From assembly GCF_009834535.1 (NCBI RefSeq), contig NC_045697.1, positions 98,148,001 to 98,212,000 on the forward strand: a stretch of 64,000 bases of DNA, read 5' to 3'. The position numbers and the translations under genes were made by a program. The stretch is from Camelus ferus (lineage: Eukaryota). Numbering within the stretch: the stretch's first letter is position 1; each line of letters begins with the position of its first letter. Positions 37,381-50,972 of the stretch are shown one piece after another. A model generated the notes under the pieces. That model made no database searches, was not told the origin of the DNA, and saw only the letters and a list, made by a program, of their open reading frames with translations.

Positions 37381-39995
37381 AGTGGATGTTGAATTTTGCC
37401 AAACACATTTTCTGAGATGGTCATATATTTATCCTTCATTTTGTTAATATAGTGTGTAACATTGTCTAATTTATGGATGTTGAGCTATCCTTGTATCCTT
37501 GGAATAAATCCAACATGATCATGGTATATGATTCTTTTAATGTATTGTTGAAATCAGTTTGCCAATATTTTGGTGAGGATTTTTGCATCTATGTTCATCG
37601 GGGTTATTGGCCTGCAATTTTCTTGTGGAGTTCTTGCCTAGTTTTGATATCAGGGTAATACCATCTTTGTAAAATGAGTTTGGAAGATTTCCCTCCTCTT
37701 CTGTTTTTGGAAGAGTTTGAGAAGGACTGGTATCAATTCTTCTTTAAATGTTTGGTAGAATTCACCAGTGAAGTCATCTGGTCTTAAACTTTTGTTTGTT
37801 GGGAGGTTTTTGATTACTGATTCAATCTCCTTGTTAGTAATTGGTTTGTTCAGATTTTCCACTTCATCAATATTCAGTCTTGGTAGGTGGTCTTGTGTGT
37901 TTATAGGGATTTATCCATTTCTAACAGGTTGTCCGATTTGTTGATGTATAATTGTTCACAGTAGTCTCTTATGATCCTTTTGATCCTTTGTTATTTCTGC
38001 GTTATCAGCTGCAACATCGTCTCTTTCATTTATGATTGTATTTATTTTAGTCTTTTCTCTTTTTTTCTTGGTGAGTCAAGCTTAAGGCTTGTCAATTTTG
38101 TTTATCTTCCACAGACCCAGTTCTTAGTTTCAGTGATCTTCTCTAATTTTTTAGTCTCTATTTATTTATGTTCTAATCTTTGTTATTTTCTTCCTTCTAC
38201 TAACTTTGAGCTTCATTTGTTCTTTTTCTAGTTCCTTGAGGTGTCAAATTAGGTTATTTGAGACTATTCTTGTTTCTTGAGGTAGGTATTTATCACTATG
38301 AACTTCCTTCTTAGGGAACTGTTTCTGTTGCATTCCATAAATTTTGGTATATTTCCATTTTTGTTTGTCTCAAGGCATTTTTTATTTATTTTTTGATTTC
38401 TTCTTTGTCCCACTGGTTGTTCAATTGCATGTTGTCTAATTTCCATGTATTTCTAGTTTTCTTCATATAATTAATTTCTAGTTTTATACCACTGTGGTCC
38501 AGAAAGATGATTGTTATGATTTTCATCTTCTAAAATTTATTAAGTTTTTTTTGGCTTAACATATGATTTATCCTGGAAAATGTCCCATATGCACTTGAGA
38601 AAAAATGTATATTCTGTTGCTTTTGGATGAAATGTTCCAATTCATGCAATCTAGAGGAAGAAGAACAAGGCTAGAGGTAACACACTCCCTAATTTCAAAC
38701 TATATTACAAACCTGTAGTCATTAAAACAGTATGGTATTAGCATAAAAACAGACACAGGGGTCAATAAAACATAATAGAGACCAGACATAAATCCATACA
38801 TATATGGTCAATTAATTTACAAGAAAGGAGCCAAAAATATACAATGGGGAATGGTATTGGGAAAACTGGATGCAACATGTAAAAGAATAAAACTTAACCA
38901 CCATCTTACAAGATAAACAAAAACTAACTCAAAATGAACTAGAGTTAAATATAAGATCTGAAATCATAAAACTCTTAAAAGAAAACAGAGGCAATTAGCT
39001 CCCTGACACAGGTCTCACTGATAATATTTTGAATCTGACACCAAAAACAGAAGCAAAAATAAACAACCGGGACTACATCAAACTAAAAAGCTTCTGCACA
39101 GCAAAGAAAATCATCAACAAAATGAAAAGGCAGCCTAATGAATGAGATGAGAATATTTGCAAATCGCATATCTCACAAGTGGCTAATATCCAAAATACAT
39201 AAATAACTCATATAACTAACAGCAAAAAACAAAACAAACAAACAATACAACAAAAAAATGGGCAGAAAAATCTAAATAAGCATTCTTCAAAGAAGATATA
39301 TATATGTACATATAAAACAGGTACATGAAATGATGGTCAACATCATTAATTACCCAGAAAATGCAAATAAAAACCACAATGAACTATCACCTTACACTTG
39401 TTAGAATGATTATTATAAAACAAATAACAAATGTTGGCAAGGATGTGGGAAAAAAGGGGACCCTTGTGAATTGTTGGTGGGAATGTAAATTGCTGCAACC
39501 ACTGTAGAAAACAATGCGGAAGTTCCTCAAAAAGTAAAAAAGTACAACTACCATATAATCCAGCAATTCCAATTCTGGGTATTTGTCTGAAAAAAACAAA
39601 AACACTAATTTTAAAAGACATATGCACCACAATGTTCACTGCAGCATTATTTACAATAGCTAAGATATGAAAGCAACCTAAGTGTACATCGATAGATGAA
39701 TGGATAAAACGATGTGATATATATATACACACATGCACGCACAGACACACAATGGAATATTAGTCATAAAAAAGAAATCTTGCCATTTGCAAAAACATGG
39801 CTGGACTTTGACAGCATTGTGCTAAGTGAATCTAAGTCAGACAGAGAAAAACAAATACTGTATGATCACTTTTATATGTGGAATCTACAAACAGCAAAAA
39901 CAAGCAAAAACAAGCTTATAGATACAGAGAACAGATTGATGGTGTCAGATGTGAAAGTGGGGGTGGGAAAAATGTGTGAAGGGGGTCAAAAAGCA
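37381..39995. mobile_element. Older L1 with inverted 5' part (37381-~38636 minus; ~38640-39995 plus)
   Basis: Minus part encodes degenerate ORF2 ([24 protein letters not shown], track ORF 37650-37862); plus part runs from the KNKARG.TLP region into the 3'UTR. Confidence 0.85.
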
Positions 39996-40599
39996 AAAAG
40001 GAAAGGAAAAATTTTCCCTAAAATGCTAAATTGTAGTCAATTTAACTGTATGTCCCTGGGCTAGTTGCTCAGCTGCACAAAGACTGAATTTTCTTATATG
40101 TAAAATGAAAGTTCTGACAATATCCACTCCAGAGTCTGTCAAGAGCATTGAATAAGAATCTATATGTGAAAGTCCTTTGTGAACTTTAAAAAATACATTA
40201 TGATTAGCGGTGTGTTTATTTACACAAGACTTTGATCTTTGTGGACTAGGCAGGAGTTCAACTAGCAGAGAAGAGAAGTGCTGAGTCAGTATGTGGGAAA
40301 AAATGATATGATATTTAAAAAAAGAAGAAAGGGACAGTATTTATGGAACACAAATTAGAATCATAGAGGGCTAATTAATTTCAACATTCTGAGCACTGAA
40401 TTTCCATTTAAAATAAATGTTATTGGTATTAAAATAAATCCTTCTTGGTGCATCAAATATATCCCAATTGCCGGAAATTCATTTTTAGCAAGATGTAATT
40501 TTCAATAAAAATTAATGTTACTTCTGATAATCCATGTTTGTTTTTCAAAACTGTCCAACAATCACATAATAAACAGTAAATCAATAAAAAAAATTAATA

Positions 40600-41235
40600 T
40601 TAAAAAAATTCTCCACATCATTTGTCACTGAGGAAACACCAACTAAACAAGATATCACTACACATCTATTTATCAGAATGGTCAAAATCCAAAACACTGG
40701 CAACACCAAATGCCGGCAAGTATATGAAACAACACACACTCTCATAGATCACTAGTAAGGGTCCAAAATGATACAGCCATTTTGGAAGATAGTTTGGCAA
40801 CTTCTTACAAAATTAAACTTAGTCTTGCCATACAATTCAGCCATTGAATTCCTTGGTATTTACCCAAAAGAAACGAAAACTTAGGTCCACACAAAAACCT
40901 GCACATGAACGTTTAGAGTAGCTTTATTCTTAATTGCTCAAACTTGGAAGCAATCAAGATGTCCTGCAATGGGTGAATGGATGGATAAACTGGGGTACAT
41001 TCAGACAATGAAAAATTACCCAGCACTGAAAAGAAATAAGCCATCAACCCATGAAAAGACAAAGAAGAAAATTAAATGTATATTACTAAGCAAAAGAAGC
41101 CATTATGAAAACACTATATACTACATAATTCCAAGCATATGATTCTAGAAAAAGCAAAAGTATGGAGACAACAAAAGATTAGTGGTCACCAGGGCTGAGG
41201 AAGAAGTGAGTGGAGCACAGAGGATTTCTAGGGCA
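40600..41235 (+). mobile_element. Old L1 (L1MC/L1MD-like) 3' fragment
   Basis: 'gtccacacaaaaacctgcacatgaacgtttagagtagctttatt...aaacttggaagcaatcaagatgtcc'. Confidence 0.75.
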
Positions 41236-41244
41236 AAACACTAG

Positions 41245-41345
41245 CTGGTCTCATGAGTGAGAAATATATGATTTTGTTTTATGCCACTGAGATTTTTATG
41301 ACTGTTTGTTATGCAGCATCATTATGGCACTATTTGACTAACATA
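41245..41345 (+). mobile_element. MaLR (MLT1-like) LTR 3' fragment
   Basis: 'gtgagaaata...tgttttatgccactgagattt...tttgttatgcagca...tgactaacata'. Confidence 0.55.
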
Positions 41346-43248
41346 CTTACCTACCCAATACATATATTAAGACAGTGGTAACTATAAGCACTTTGTCAAA
41401 AGGAAACATAATTTACAATTTCAGAGAACTAACAAAAAGGTAGCAGAATATTTTTTAAAAGTAGATTGTAGGAGGAAGGAGTGAGACTAACACTGTGATA
41501 GTGTATTATAGTTACAAAGCCCTTTTCAGTAAGTGTTACTATTACATCTAGTTTGGAGAGTCATAAAACAGAGGCTCAATAACTTCCCAGAAAATAGTAA
41601 AAATAGGATTTCTGCTTAGGTTTTCTGGTTCCAAATCCTGGGCACCTCCAGTAACTAAGGCTTTTCTCAAATCTTCTAATGGCGAGAAAGTATACAAAGT
41701 AGTTTCTTCAGTTCTGAAAATGTTATTCATCTCTCAGAGATTAAATATGGATAGATTCTAAAGCAGGAACTTTAAGGCTCCTTTCAAGTCACTAAGACAT
41801 CGATGAGCTTCTTTTCTCGATGAAAACATCTCAAAGTGGGTGAAAGACATTTATTCAGTATTTTCTAAGAAAAGCATTAGAAACTAGATGAAACAGAAGT
41901 TCATTGTAGAGAGAAAGGTGAAATCTCCATGTCAAAACACTCACCTTTAAGACATGAATTTACTGTCTTTCCAAAATAGAAATTGGAGTTTTCTCATGGA
42001 TACTTATTTATGAAAACTCTTATCTAAAACATATGCTTTGCAGCTGGTTCAGGAATGCGATCTATCCTGCCATTGGATGTATATCATTGTGTAAAACTCA
42101 TAACTTCCACATCCCTAGGGACATACAGCATTTTCTCTTTCATTCTCGTATCTCAAGAGGCAAATACAGAGACATTACATGTGTTACACTTTTTCTCTAG
42201 TGTGAACGTTTGGCAGGGATGATATCATTTCCAGATGCTTTCTTATTTTTCATCTGTTTAATGACCTTACTCATCAGAGAGTTGGAAGGTTTCTAAGTAT
42301 GGCTCCATCTGGGTATGATGGAGAATGCTCTTGCCAGCAGAGTCTCCATAATGACTGCCAAATGAAGCATCCAACATGTAAAATGACTCCCCTCTTCCCA
42401 GCCTGTCCAGGTATGGAATAATATATATATATATACACATACTAAAAAAATCAAAGCCAGTAAGAGGGACTTTAATCTAAGCTCTGCTTCGTGATTCTGC
42501 TGTCCAGGTAGCAGTTGTTTTGTGGACCTCAGCAGCTGTTTTACAGGCAGGATGACTGCAGACTTCAGACTCATAAGTTATTGAAAATACTTAGATGAAG
42601 TACACGGTGATGAAAATTTTGGGCATAGTCTGAATATTCCAGAAAACCTGTGCATGGCATACCTTTTAGCATGACTGATTCCTCAAGATTCAAGTGATTA
42701 TAATCTCAATTCTGTTGAGAATTTTGCAAATACCATGTAGGCATCTTATTGTTGCATACTGGGTTAAATCTATTTCCAGTAAAGTAATAGAAAAACATAC
42801 AGACTAATCTAACTACGATGAAGTTGTATAGAAACAACTTACCTATACAGAATTCAGCTATGCCATGGTCTCATTGAACCAGAATATCCAACAAAACTGG
42901 AAATGAGCAGAAAAGACCTAATTTCTGGGAAACTGAAACAGGTGAGACAGAATCGATTCTCTTCTCAGAGCCCATTTATTTGTGTTTTCAAACATTTGCA
43001 ATAAGCCTGATTTTCTATTCCCTGTAGCCAAAATCGATCATTTTAAACAACTTAGCATCCATTCTGGAATGCCTTATCTCTTTTAAATAGCTAACTTTTA
43101 AAATCTGGCATTGTGTTTTCTTTGAACTTATAAGACTTCATAGTGAGAGATTATGCTCTCTTCCTCAGAATACTTTGGACACTTTCATTCCAAAAGCAAC
43201 ATACCCACAGACTGACTAATTTCAGAGGACTAAAATATGCCATTATGC

Positions 43249-43555
43249 TTTTTTTTAAATTATTTTTTAAATTGAAGTATAGTCAAGTTACAATGTTGTG
43301 TCAGTTTCTGGTGCACAGCATAATGTTTCAGTCATACATATAAACACCTATATTCCTTTTCATATTCTTTTTCTTGATAGGTTACCATAAGATATTGAAT
43401 CTAGTTCCCTGGGGTATACAGTAGGACCTTGTTTATCTATTTTATATATAGTAGTTAGTATCTGCAAATCTTGAACTCTCAATTTATCCCTTCCCACCTC
43501 CTTTCCCCTCTGGTGACCATCAGTTTGTTCTCTGTGTCTGTGAGTCTGTTTCTTT
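43249..43555 (-). mobile_element. 5'-truncated L1 3'UTR
   Basis: Antisense of the 14.4 kb and 36.9 kb 3'UTR type ('attgaagtatagtcaagttacaatgttgtgtcagtttctggtg'); possible TSD ttatgctttt (43243) and ttatactttt (43556). Confidence 0.85.
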
Positions 43556-43860
43556 TTATACTTTTATTCATCTAAAAGACTAGTGCACACTTCATTCCAT
43601 GCACACCTAGCACTGATTCATGTAGGCATTTATATTTTTGGTGCTAGCGCTAATGACAAAGAAGAAGTCTGGGGTGAACACTTTAGCCCATCTATGAACC
43701 TTTATAATTTTCCTGTTACTTTCCATGGAACTATTACAATTTGGGGGAAATCATATCAAATGATCGAATCATTTCTTCATGCCTTCACTTTAAATTTAAG
43801 ATTATCCTGTTTATAGCAAAACATTTATCTTTCAGGTTTTTGAGAAATGCACATAATTTT

Positions 43861-44524
43861 TTTCCCACCCTCCACCCCCCTGTTAACCACAAGTCTGTAT
43901 TCTCTGTCTGTGAGTCTATTTCTGTCCTTTATTTACGCTTTGTTTTTGTTTGTTTGTTTGTTTTTGTTTTTGTTTTTTAGATTCCACATATGAGCGATCT
44001 CATATGGTATTTTTCTCTTTCTGGCTTACTTCACTTAGAATGACATTCTCCAGGAGCATCCATGTTGCTGCAAATGGCATTATGTTGTCGGTTTTTATGG
44101 CTGAGTAGTATTCCATTGTATAAACATACCACCTCTTCTTTATCCAGTCACCTGTTGATGGACATTTAGGCTGTTTCCATGTTTTGGCTATTGTAAATAG
44201 TGCTGCTGTGAACACTGGGGTGCAGGTGTCATCCTGAAGTAGATTTCCTTCTGGATACAAGCCCAGGAGTGGGATTCCTGGGTCATATGGTAAGTCTGTT
44301 CCTAGTCTTTTGAGGAATCTCCACACTGTTTTCCATAGTGGCTGCACCAAACTGCATTCCCACCAGCAGTGTAGGAGGGTTCCCCTTTCTCCACAGCCTC
44401 TCCAACATTTGTCATTTGTGGATTTTTGAATGACGGCCATTCTGACTGGTGTGAGGTGATACCTCATTGTAGTTTTGATTTGCATTTCTCTGATAATTAG
44501 TGATATTGAGCATTTTTTCATGTG
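43861..44524 (-). mobile_element. Young L1 fragment, truncated at both 5' and 3' ends, with TSD
   Basis: Near-identical to ~6294-6956; TSD tgagaaatgcacataatttt at 43841-43860 and 44523-44542. Confidence 0.93.
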
Positions 44525-46159
44525 AGAAATGCACATAATTTTCACAGCATGTGATAACCATGTCTTTACAGGGAGCCTGAGGACAGGGTAATTACCAATA
44601 CAACATACATAAAGACTTTGACATAGAATTTTGCATGGTGGCTCAGGGCAACTGGAAGGGTCAGCTGCAAGGCCCTTTCCCTTGGTTTCCTCGACCCTAG
44701 TCTCATTCCCTCCTCCAGGGTCCTGGCTTTATCCCACAGCTAGCCCTTTGATCCGTTCCCACTTCCAGCCAGAGAGGAGTACAGTGAAGCTTTCTTCTTC
44801 AGAGACTAGTATTTATTAAAAAAAAAAAAAATTAAAACAAGGTTATTCCCTGCTAATGCTGATGGCATTTATACACTGAAAGATCTCTCCTCACCAACAG
44901 TGAAGTTGAAAGGATTAAACAGATGAGAGAGTGATAACTATGCTCTGTTCCCATGAATTTTCACCAAAAATCACACAGTTAGATATGAAAAGGACAAGGG
45001 TCTTACTAAAGCTAAGCCTTTTTGCATTCTATAAGGTACAGCATGACTGTGGCAGAACTTTTCCCAACAGTATCTTTTGTTATTTCTCACTAAAGAGCAC
45101 AAAACCATAGCCTCAAGCCTGTACTATCAAATAGCAGTGGAGGTGATAAGCCTTGAGAAGCCTTTCTTTTGTGAAGTGATACGTTTCCAAATGTGGAGAT
45201 TTCCTCTATATTCATCAGATGACATATATAATTATCTCCTAATATAGACCATCAACCAACATCTGTCTAAAATCCTGTTGATGCTGTTTAGGAGATTTAG
45301 TTTAGTTTTGGTTTTTTTCCCCTTTAAAAAACATGAAATTAAGTGTCTGAAAGTGTTCTCTGTGAAAATTCCCAAACTAACAAAACAGGACTTAACAGTG
45401 AAAATATGACTTCTAAATAGATCCCTACTTTAATATCCCTTCTGATCAAAAATATCAAACTTAAAAATGTATACTTACTATATAAAGCTGAAATTTACTG
45501 GGCAACCTAGCCTTTTCAAAAACATTTCTTATTGTGAACTGTAAGATAAGGGGTCCACTTAGCAGATTTTATTTTCACATTGTCCTATGCATAGAACAAG
45601 CCAAAGGATTTTTTCTTTATTTAGAATAAGTGAGATGAAATAGTTGTTATTCTTCTTTTGATATTCTTGAAGGGCAGATCAAATGAAGCTTATCCACAAT
45701 AATAATGATTGATGAGCTTCATCTAATGATAATCCTTAATACCTTAGAGAACTATCCCAATAGATGTGAGCAGCAACATAACTCCCACTCAGTGAAGGGC
45801 ACTGACAGTACACACAAACATGTCCGATTAGTAATTTAGGAAAAAAAGTATGTGTCAATCCCAGCATGGCATAAAGGAAAGAGGGCTGACATTGTAATTT
45901 TAAATTCCTGGTTGTTCATCCCAATTGTGTCACTGAAGAACAGTAGACATCGGGGAATGTCACTAATTTCTGTGAAATTTAGAGTCCACATGTATAAAAC
46001 AGGCACTTGCTTAACTGTTTCTTTCCTTTCTTTATTTTAGATTCAATGAAGTTAGAGACCTTGTCTCTCTGTGGTTCAGTTTTGTTCTTATAGGCTTGCA
46101 GCATAATGTCTGGCTCTTAGTAAATTCAGAATAAACATCTGATGACTGAAAGAATGAAA

Positions 46160-46790
46160 TCATCATTCAGCATTCAATAAATATTTAGTATGTACTTCAT
46201 GTGTGTCCAGGCTCTGTTCTAAGGTGCTGGGTGTAAGTTGTAGAGTCAAGGAAAGGGGGAGAGAACAGAAAAATCCTTATGTTTGTGGAGCTTACATTCT
46301 AATGGGGTTGATACAAAAAAAAAATTAAAGTTGTAAAGCAAGGTACAAAATGTTCAATGTTGGGAAGGGTGGTGAAACTTGAGTTAGGATTGCAAGGGAA
46401 GTCCTTAGTAAGAAACCGACTATGCAATAAAGACCTGAAGGAATTGGGCTGCTATCCGGGTGCCTATTTTAGGAGCAACCATTTCAAACAGAAATAACAG
46501 AAAATACTAAGACCCTGAGGTAGAAATTTCACCAAAAAACAGCACAGGGGCCCAGTGTAGTTTACATAGTAGCAGGAATGAAGGGAGGGAAGATGAAATC
46601 AGAGAGGTAAAGGGGAGGTGGCCAATCACAGGACCTGCAGGTTATAGGAAGGACTTTGGCTGTTACTCAGAGACAGACAGAAAGCTGCTGGAAGGTTCTG
46701 AGCAGAGGGGTGACAAGATCTACTGACACTTGACCAGGATCACTCGATCACTCGGCTGCTGCATTAATAACAGACCACAAAAGGGCAGGG
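46160..46790 (-). mobile_element. L2 LINE 3' region
   Basis: 'cattcaataaatatttagta...ccaggctctgttctaaggtgctggg...tggagcttacattctaatgggg'. Confidence 0.75.
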
Positions 46791-48299
46791 GGAGAAGTAA
46801 AATAAACACCTACCTCGCAGCGTTTTTGTTAAGATTCCTCAGAAAGGCATGTGTAGAGCCTAGCACAGACCTGGCACTCATCACCCTAACTCACTAAAAG
46901 AGAGCTGTTTTATCATCTTCACAGATAATAGTTGGGCTGTTCTTGCAGACACACACAGTGAGTCACCATTAACAATCCCAAGAGACCGTATCTCCTTTAG
47001 GGAAGCCTGGGAATTGGGATAGTGAATTTATACAAGCAACAACAGCAACGGACTCCCAAGAGAAAAGAAAGAATCCCAGCAGCTAATAGAGTTATTCAGG
47101 CAAAAGGAAGCAATCATCCCATTTACCACCCCTGCCCCTAACCAAGGTCTCTCATTCCCTTCATAGTGAGGCATCAAAGAGTTGTGAGGATGCTTGGAAT
47201 TCAGCTTTTATCAAAATGTTTATATTTAAATTCCACAGAAATAGCATCAAAGGACAGCCATTCTCATCAACATCTTCAAACAAAACACACGGGATGCTTT
47301 ATACTCACTCCATGTCTCACATGTTTTCCTGAGAAAAAGTTAAAAGCTACACAAAACACGACAAAATCCATGAATGCTAATTAAATTTCTTCTGAAACCC
47401 CATCAACAGACATGAACTAGGGATGTCTTATTCTCTAAAGAAGTAGCTGGTTAGTTTTATTTCTGCTTCATAAAAAAAGAAGTTAACAATTTGAGGGGAG
47501 GCTGTCGAAGCAGTCCTGACCTTGCAAATAACCAAATGAATGAGCGGCATTTCCCTTCCCACCCTCTACCCTTCCTGCTCGCCAACGCTGGAAGACTCCT
47601 TGTTCCTATGGCTACCCTCATCTCATTGCTATTCCTGGGAGGGTTTGCAGCAATTGATTCAACAACAATTTATTGAGTGTCTATTTTGTGGCAGGTGCTG
47701 ACTGAGGTGCTAATGATGCAGCTGGAAACCAAGCAAGACACTGTTGTCTGGAAGTCTACCTTTAACAGCTGTGTAGGTTAAAGAAGCAGAGATGAGAGTA
47801 AGAAAGAATAATCCACCTCTAGATCCTCCCTCTCACTGGACTGCCATCCCCAACCACTCTCATCGGGTGGCCTTCAACAGAAGCCAATTCTTGGGGAAGA
47901 AAAATGCTTGAGAACAGATCAGGGCTTTCCTGTGAAGTGTTGATGAATCACGTTTTACTTTTAGGGACCTAAGCACACGACACATCACGTGTGTGCCTTT
48001 GTGTCTCTGCGTGTGATATTGAGCAGAAAGGAGGGGACAGGGGGACGTGTTGAGATTGTTCACAGAATCCAGGAATGTCAGGCTTTTTATTTTTTAAAGT
48101 ATCTTCTGAAATTTTGTAATTTCCCCTTTATTATTGTTATTCATTTTAGTTTTAGGTTCATCAGTCACGGCATCGTCCAGCATTACTGCTTCGCAGAGGA
48201 CATTTATGAGTCACTCTCTATACAAGTCAGTTTTGGTTGCCTACACTGCACCATTTCCCATTCTACCTTCCTGTCAGGACCCACGTTTTATTCAGCGAT

Positions 48300-48672
48300 C
48301 CCCTTCCCATTTATGATGCTGGGCAAGGTGACATCCCTGACTCCAGGGCTCATTCATGATCAGCCTCAGCCAATCAGCTTAGAGGATTCCAGAGTGGTAG
48401 GTGTTCAAGCTTTAAGAGTGGAAGGTGAGCTTAGATGGTTCAATTAGATGGAATGGAGGATGTCTATAGTTGGGGAGAAGTTTTTTTCACCTTACTGTTA
48501 GATAAAAGCAAGAGATTAGAGTTAACACTGTGAGAGACAGAACCTGAGCTCACCATTGAGCTCTTAAGTGAATCAAACCTGAGGCTATAGGAGATGATAA
48601 ATGTCTTTATCGTCAAGCCAGTCTGAGTCGCATCCTCTGTTACTTGCAGCCTAAAGCATTATATCAGCTACA
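48300..48672 (+). mobile_element. Degenerate ERVL/MaLR LTR
   Basis: End 'aataaatgtctttatcgtcaagccagtctgagtcg...tctgttacttgcagcctaaagcatt...aca'-type motif. Confidence 0.5.
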
Positions 48673-49267
48673 GACTAGAAATGTCACAGCTCTGGGCAAA
48701 GACAGGATGTATTTGTAGTTCAGATTCCATGCAGAAGATTCTTCACATCACAGGATCTTTTTTAAACCACTCCTGTTTTTATGACACGAAGACAACAGTG
48801 TCAAAGCACAAAAATATGATCCTGGCAGAGCACATACAGAACTCTCAGGTTAGGTTTTCAACACTACAGACCCACCGCATTATGAGACTACTCTGAGCTC
48901 TCAAAGACAGCATTTTAAACAACAGCCTAAGTCAAGATCATATTACAGTAACAGGGTTCTGAAAAAAGTCCTGCAGACAGCTTAACTGTGCAGGACATGA
49001 ACAACATAGGACACAGAGAAGAGGAACCAGATAGGGGTACACAAGTTCCATTCCTCAGTGAAGAGGGACGGGCAACAGATACCAGAAGCTGCTGTACATC
49101 TTGTGTATTTTTTATAGCAGAAACTATGTCCAGCATATTTGTTGTAGTATAGTATTGTTTTCCTTATAGACTGTTCAGTCATTCTCAGCACGAGAATTCT
49201 TAAACCCACGAATAAATTCTAAGCACTTTTATCTGTACACATGTTGATAGATGAGGGGAAATCCTCT

Positions 49268-49766
49268 CTGGTAGCTTGCTTGCAAAAATGGCTTTATCCA
49301 TTCCTCCCATTCCTGGAAGCATATGCTTCTATGCACTGATTTTTCCACTCTTCTGCTTGAGGTGGAACTAGTTTCCCTCCCTTTGATATAGGCTGACCCC
49401 TTCCTGTTATCAAAGGCAGCAGAAGTGACATGTGACTTCACAGTCTTAATTTTAAGAGGCCCTGCAGCTTCCCCTCTCACCCTTTTGCTGCCCTGAGACT
49501 GCCACGTGAGGAAGGCCAGGCGCACCTTCTCGGGGATGGGCCACAAGGAGAGGGAGAGAGACAGCCATCAGCACTGAGGCCCAGACATGTTACTGAGACC
49601 ACATGGGGCCAGTCAGTCCCCAATCCACCCACCAACTGACAGCAGGCACAATGGCGACATCTAGTGAGACCTGCAGAAGTCACCCCTCTGAGCTCAGCCC
49701 ATATTGCAGAATTGAGAATAAATTGTTATTTCAAGCCACTGAGTTTTGGGATAGGAAACTGATACA
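49268..49766 (+). mobile_element. MaLR LTR (MLT1F/G-like)
   Basis: 'gcttgcaaaaatggc', 'gcagcagaagtgacatgtgacttc', 'tgccacgtgaggaaggccagg', end 'aataaattgttatttcaagccactgagttttggg...aactgataca'. Confidence 0.75.
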
Positions 49767-50521
49767 TTCTCCCTGACTATTGAAGTCAGGATTCTGGTGC
49801 AAAATCAAGCAAAATAAATTTCCTATTTTAGAGCTTTCCTTTTTCTGCTTGGGTATGTAACATATTATGCTATAAATAAATGTCTTAGAAAGGCCAGAGC
49901 ATGTTTTTACAGAGGGAGTCATACTGGAAGGAAAACAATGTCCTCCTTAGCAGAAGGTCGAATTTCCCTTCTATGCCTGTGACACCTTCTCTTACCCTCA
50001 TAACTGCTGTCCCACCACCTGCTGTAGGTCACAGGAAACACTGTCTACAATTAGAACTGGAAGGGTAGAAAACCCCATTCCCATTTCACCAGACACAGCC
50101 GCCAATGGTGGCCATGGGCCATATTTCATCAGTACAGTTGTTCACATGCATTGCATGGTGGGCTTCGGTGAGCTGGTCTGAGGACCCAATGCCCATACGC
50201 CCCATTAGTTATGAGTTCCAAACCATCAACTTACAAATCCATTTTGTTATAACTGTAACCAACTGATTTAAAAGCAAACTCAGGAGGGGGCAATCAGGAG
50301 ACAGTTTTATTCTCCCACACTGCCTTCTGGCTCATTCCATCCAATTTCCTTCTTCTGCCTTGTGATAGCACTGATTTCAGACTCCAAAGCTTTTGAATCA
50401 TGCTCAGGTTTTTAAAAACTCTAATAAATTCCCAAGCATTTATCTTTGAGCTAATTCAAAGCTCCTCTCTCAAGATAATCCTTACCCTGGACATTTAGTT
50501 TAGAAATTCTAGACTCTACCC

Positions 50522-50735
50522 TACAATTTCTCAACCTCCGCACCATTGATATCTTGGATTAGACAATTCTTTAGTGCGGGAGACTGTTCTGTGCATTGTA
50601 GGATGTTCTGCAGCATCGTTGGCCTCTATCCAATGGATGCCAGTAGTACCTTCTCCAGCTGTGATAACCAAAACTGTCTTCAGATACAGGCAAATGTCCC
50701 TTGGGAGGAAAATCACACCTGGTTAAGAATCACTG
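50522..50735. mobile_element. hAT-Charlie MITE, MER20-like
   Basis: 'tttctcaacctc...ctgtgcattgtaggatgtt...gcagcatc..tggcctctatcca.tggatgccagtag...tggttaagaatcactg'. Confidence 0.85.
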
Positions 50736-50740
50736 CTCTA

Positions 50741-50972
50741 GACCATGCATTCTTAATGGGAATGATATTGCCCCCAGGGAGTTGTAAACTGGTTCTTAAG
50801 GGGTGAAAAAAGTGTTAGATGTTCTAATAGTTCATGACCCTCCAAAGGGCCCAAGTACATAAGCATACAGTGTATCTGTGGTACTAACAACTCACAGGGT
50901 AGGGAGCAAATTAGGAGGGAAAAGCCAGAAATGGCTCCTTGGAGCAGTAATGAAAAACGTTTGAGAAACACA
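50741..50972. mobile_element. Second hAT-Charlie MITE adjacent to the MER20-like element
   Basis: Ends 'gcattcttaatggg' and 'gtttgagaaacacag', flanked by ctctagac and ccctagac (Charlie-type target). Confidence 0.55.

Noticed and set aside
47989..48447. 152-aa ORF with an internal acceptor-like site near 48155
   Set aside because: Non-ATG start, no recognisable protein similarity, a weak donor, and a 3' part that runs into a degenerate LTR.
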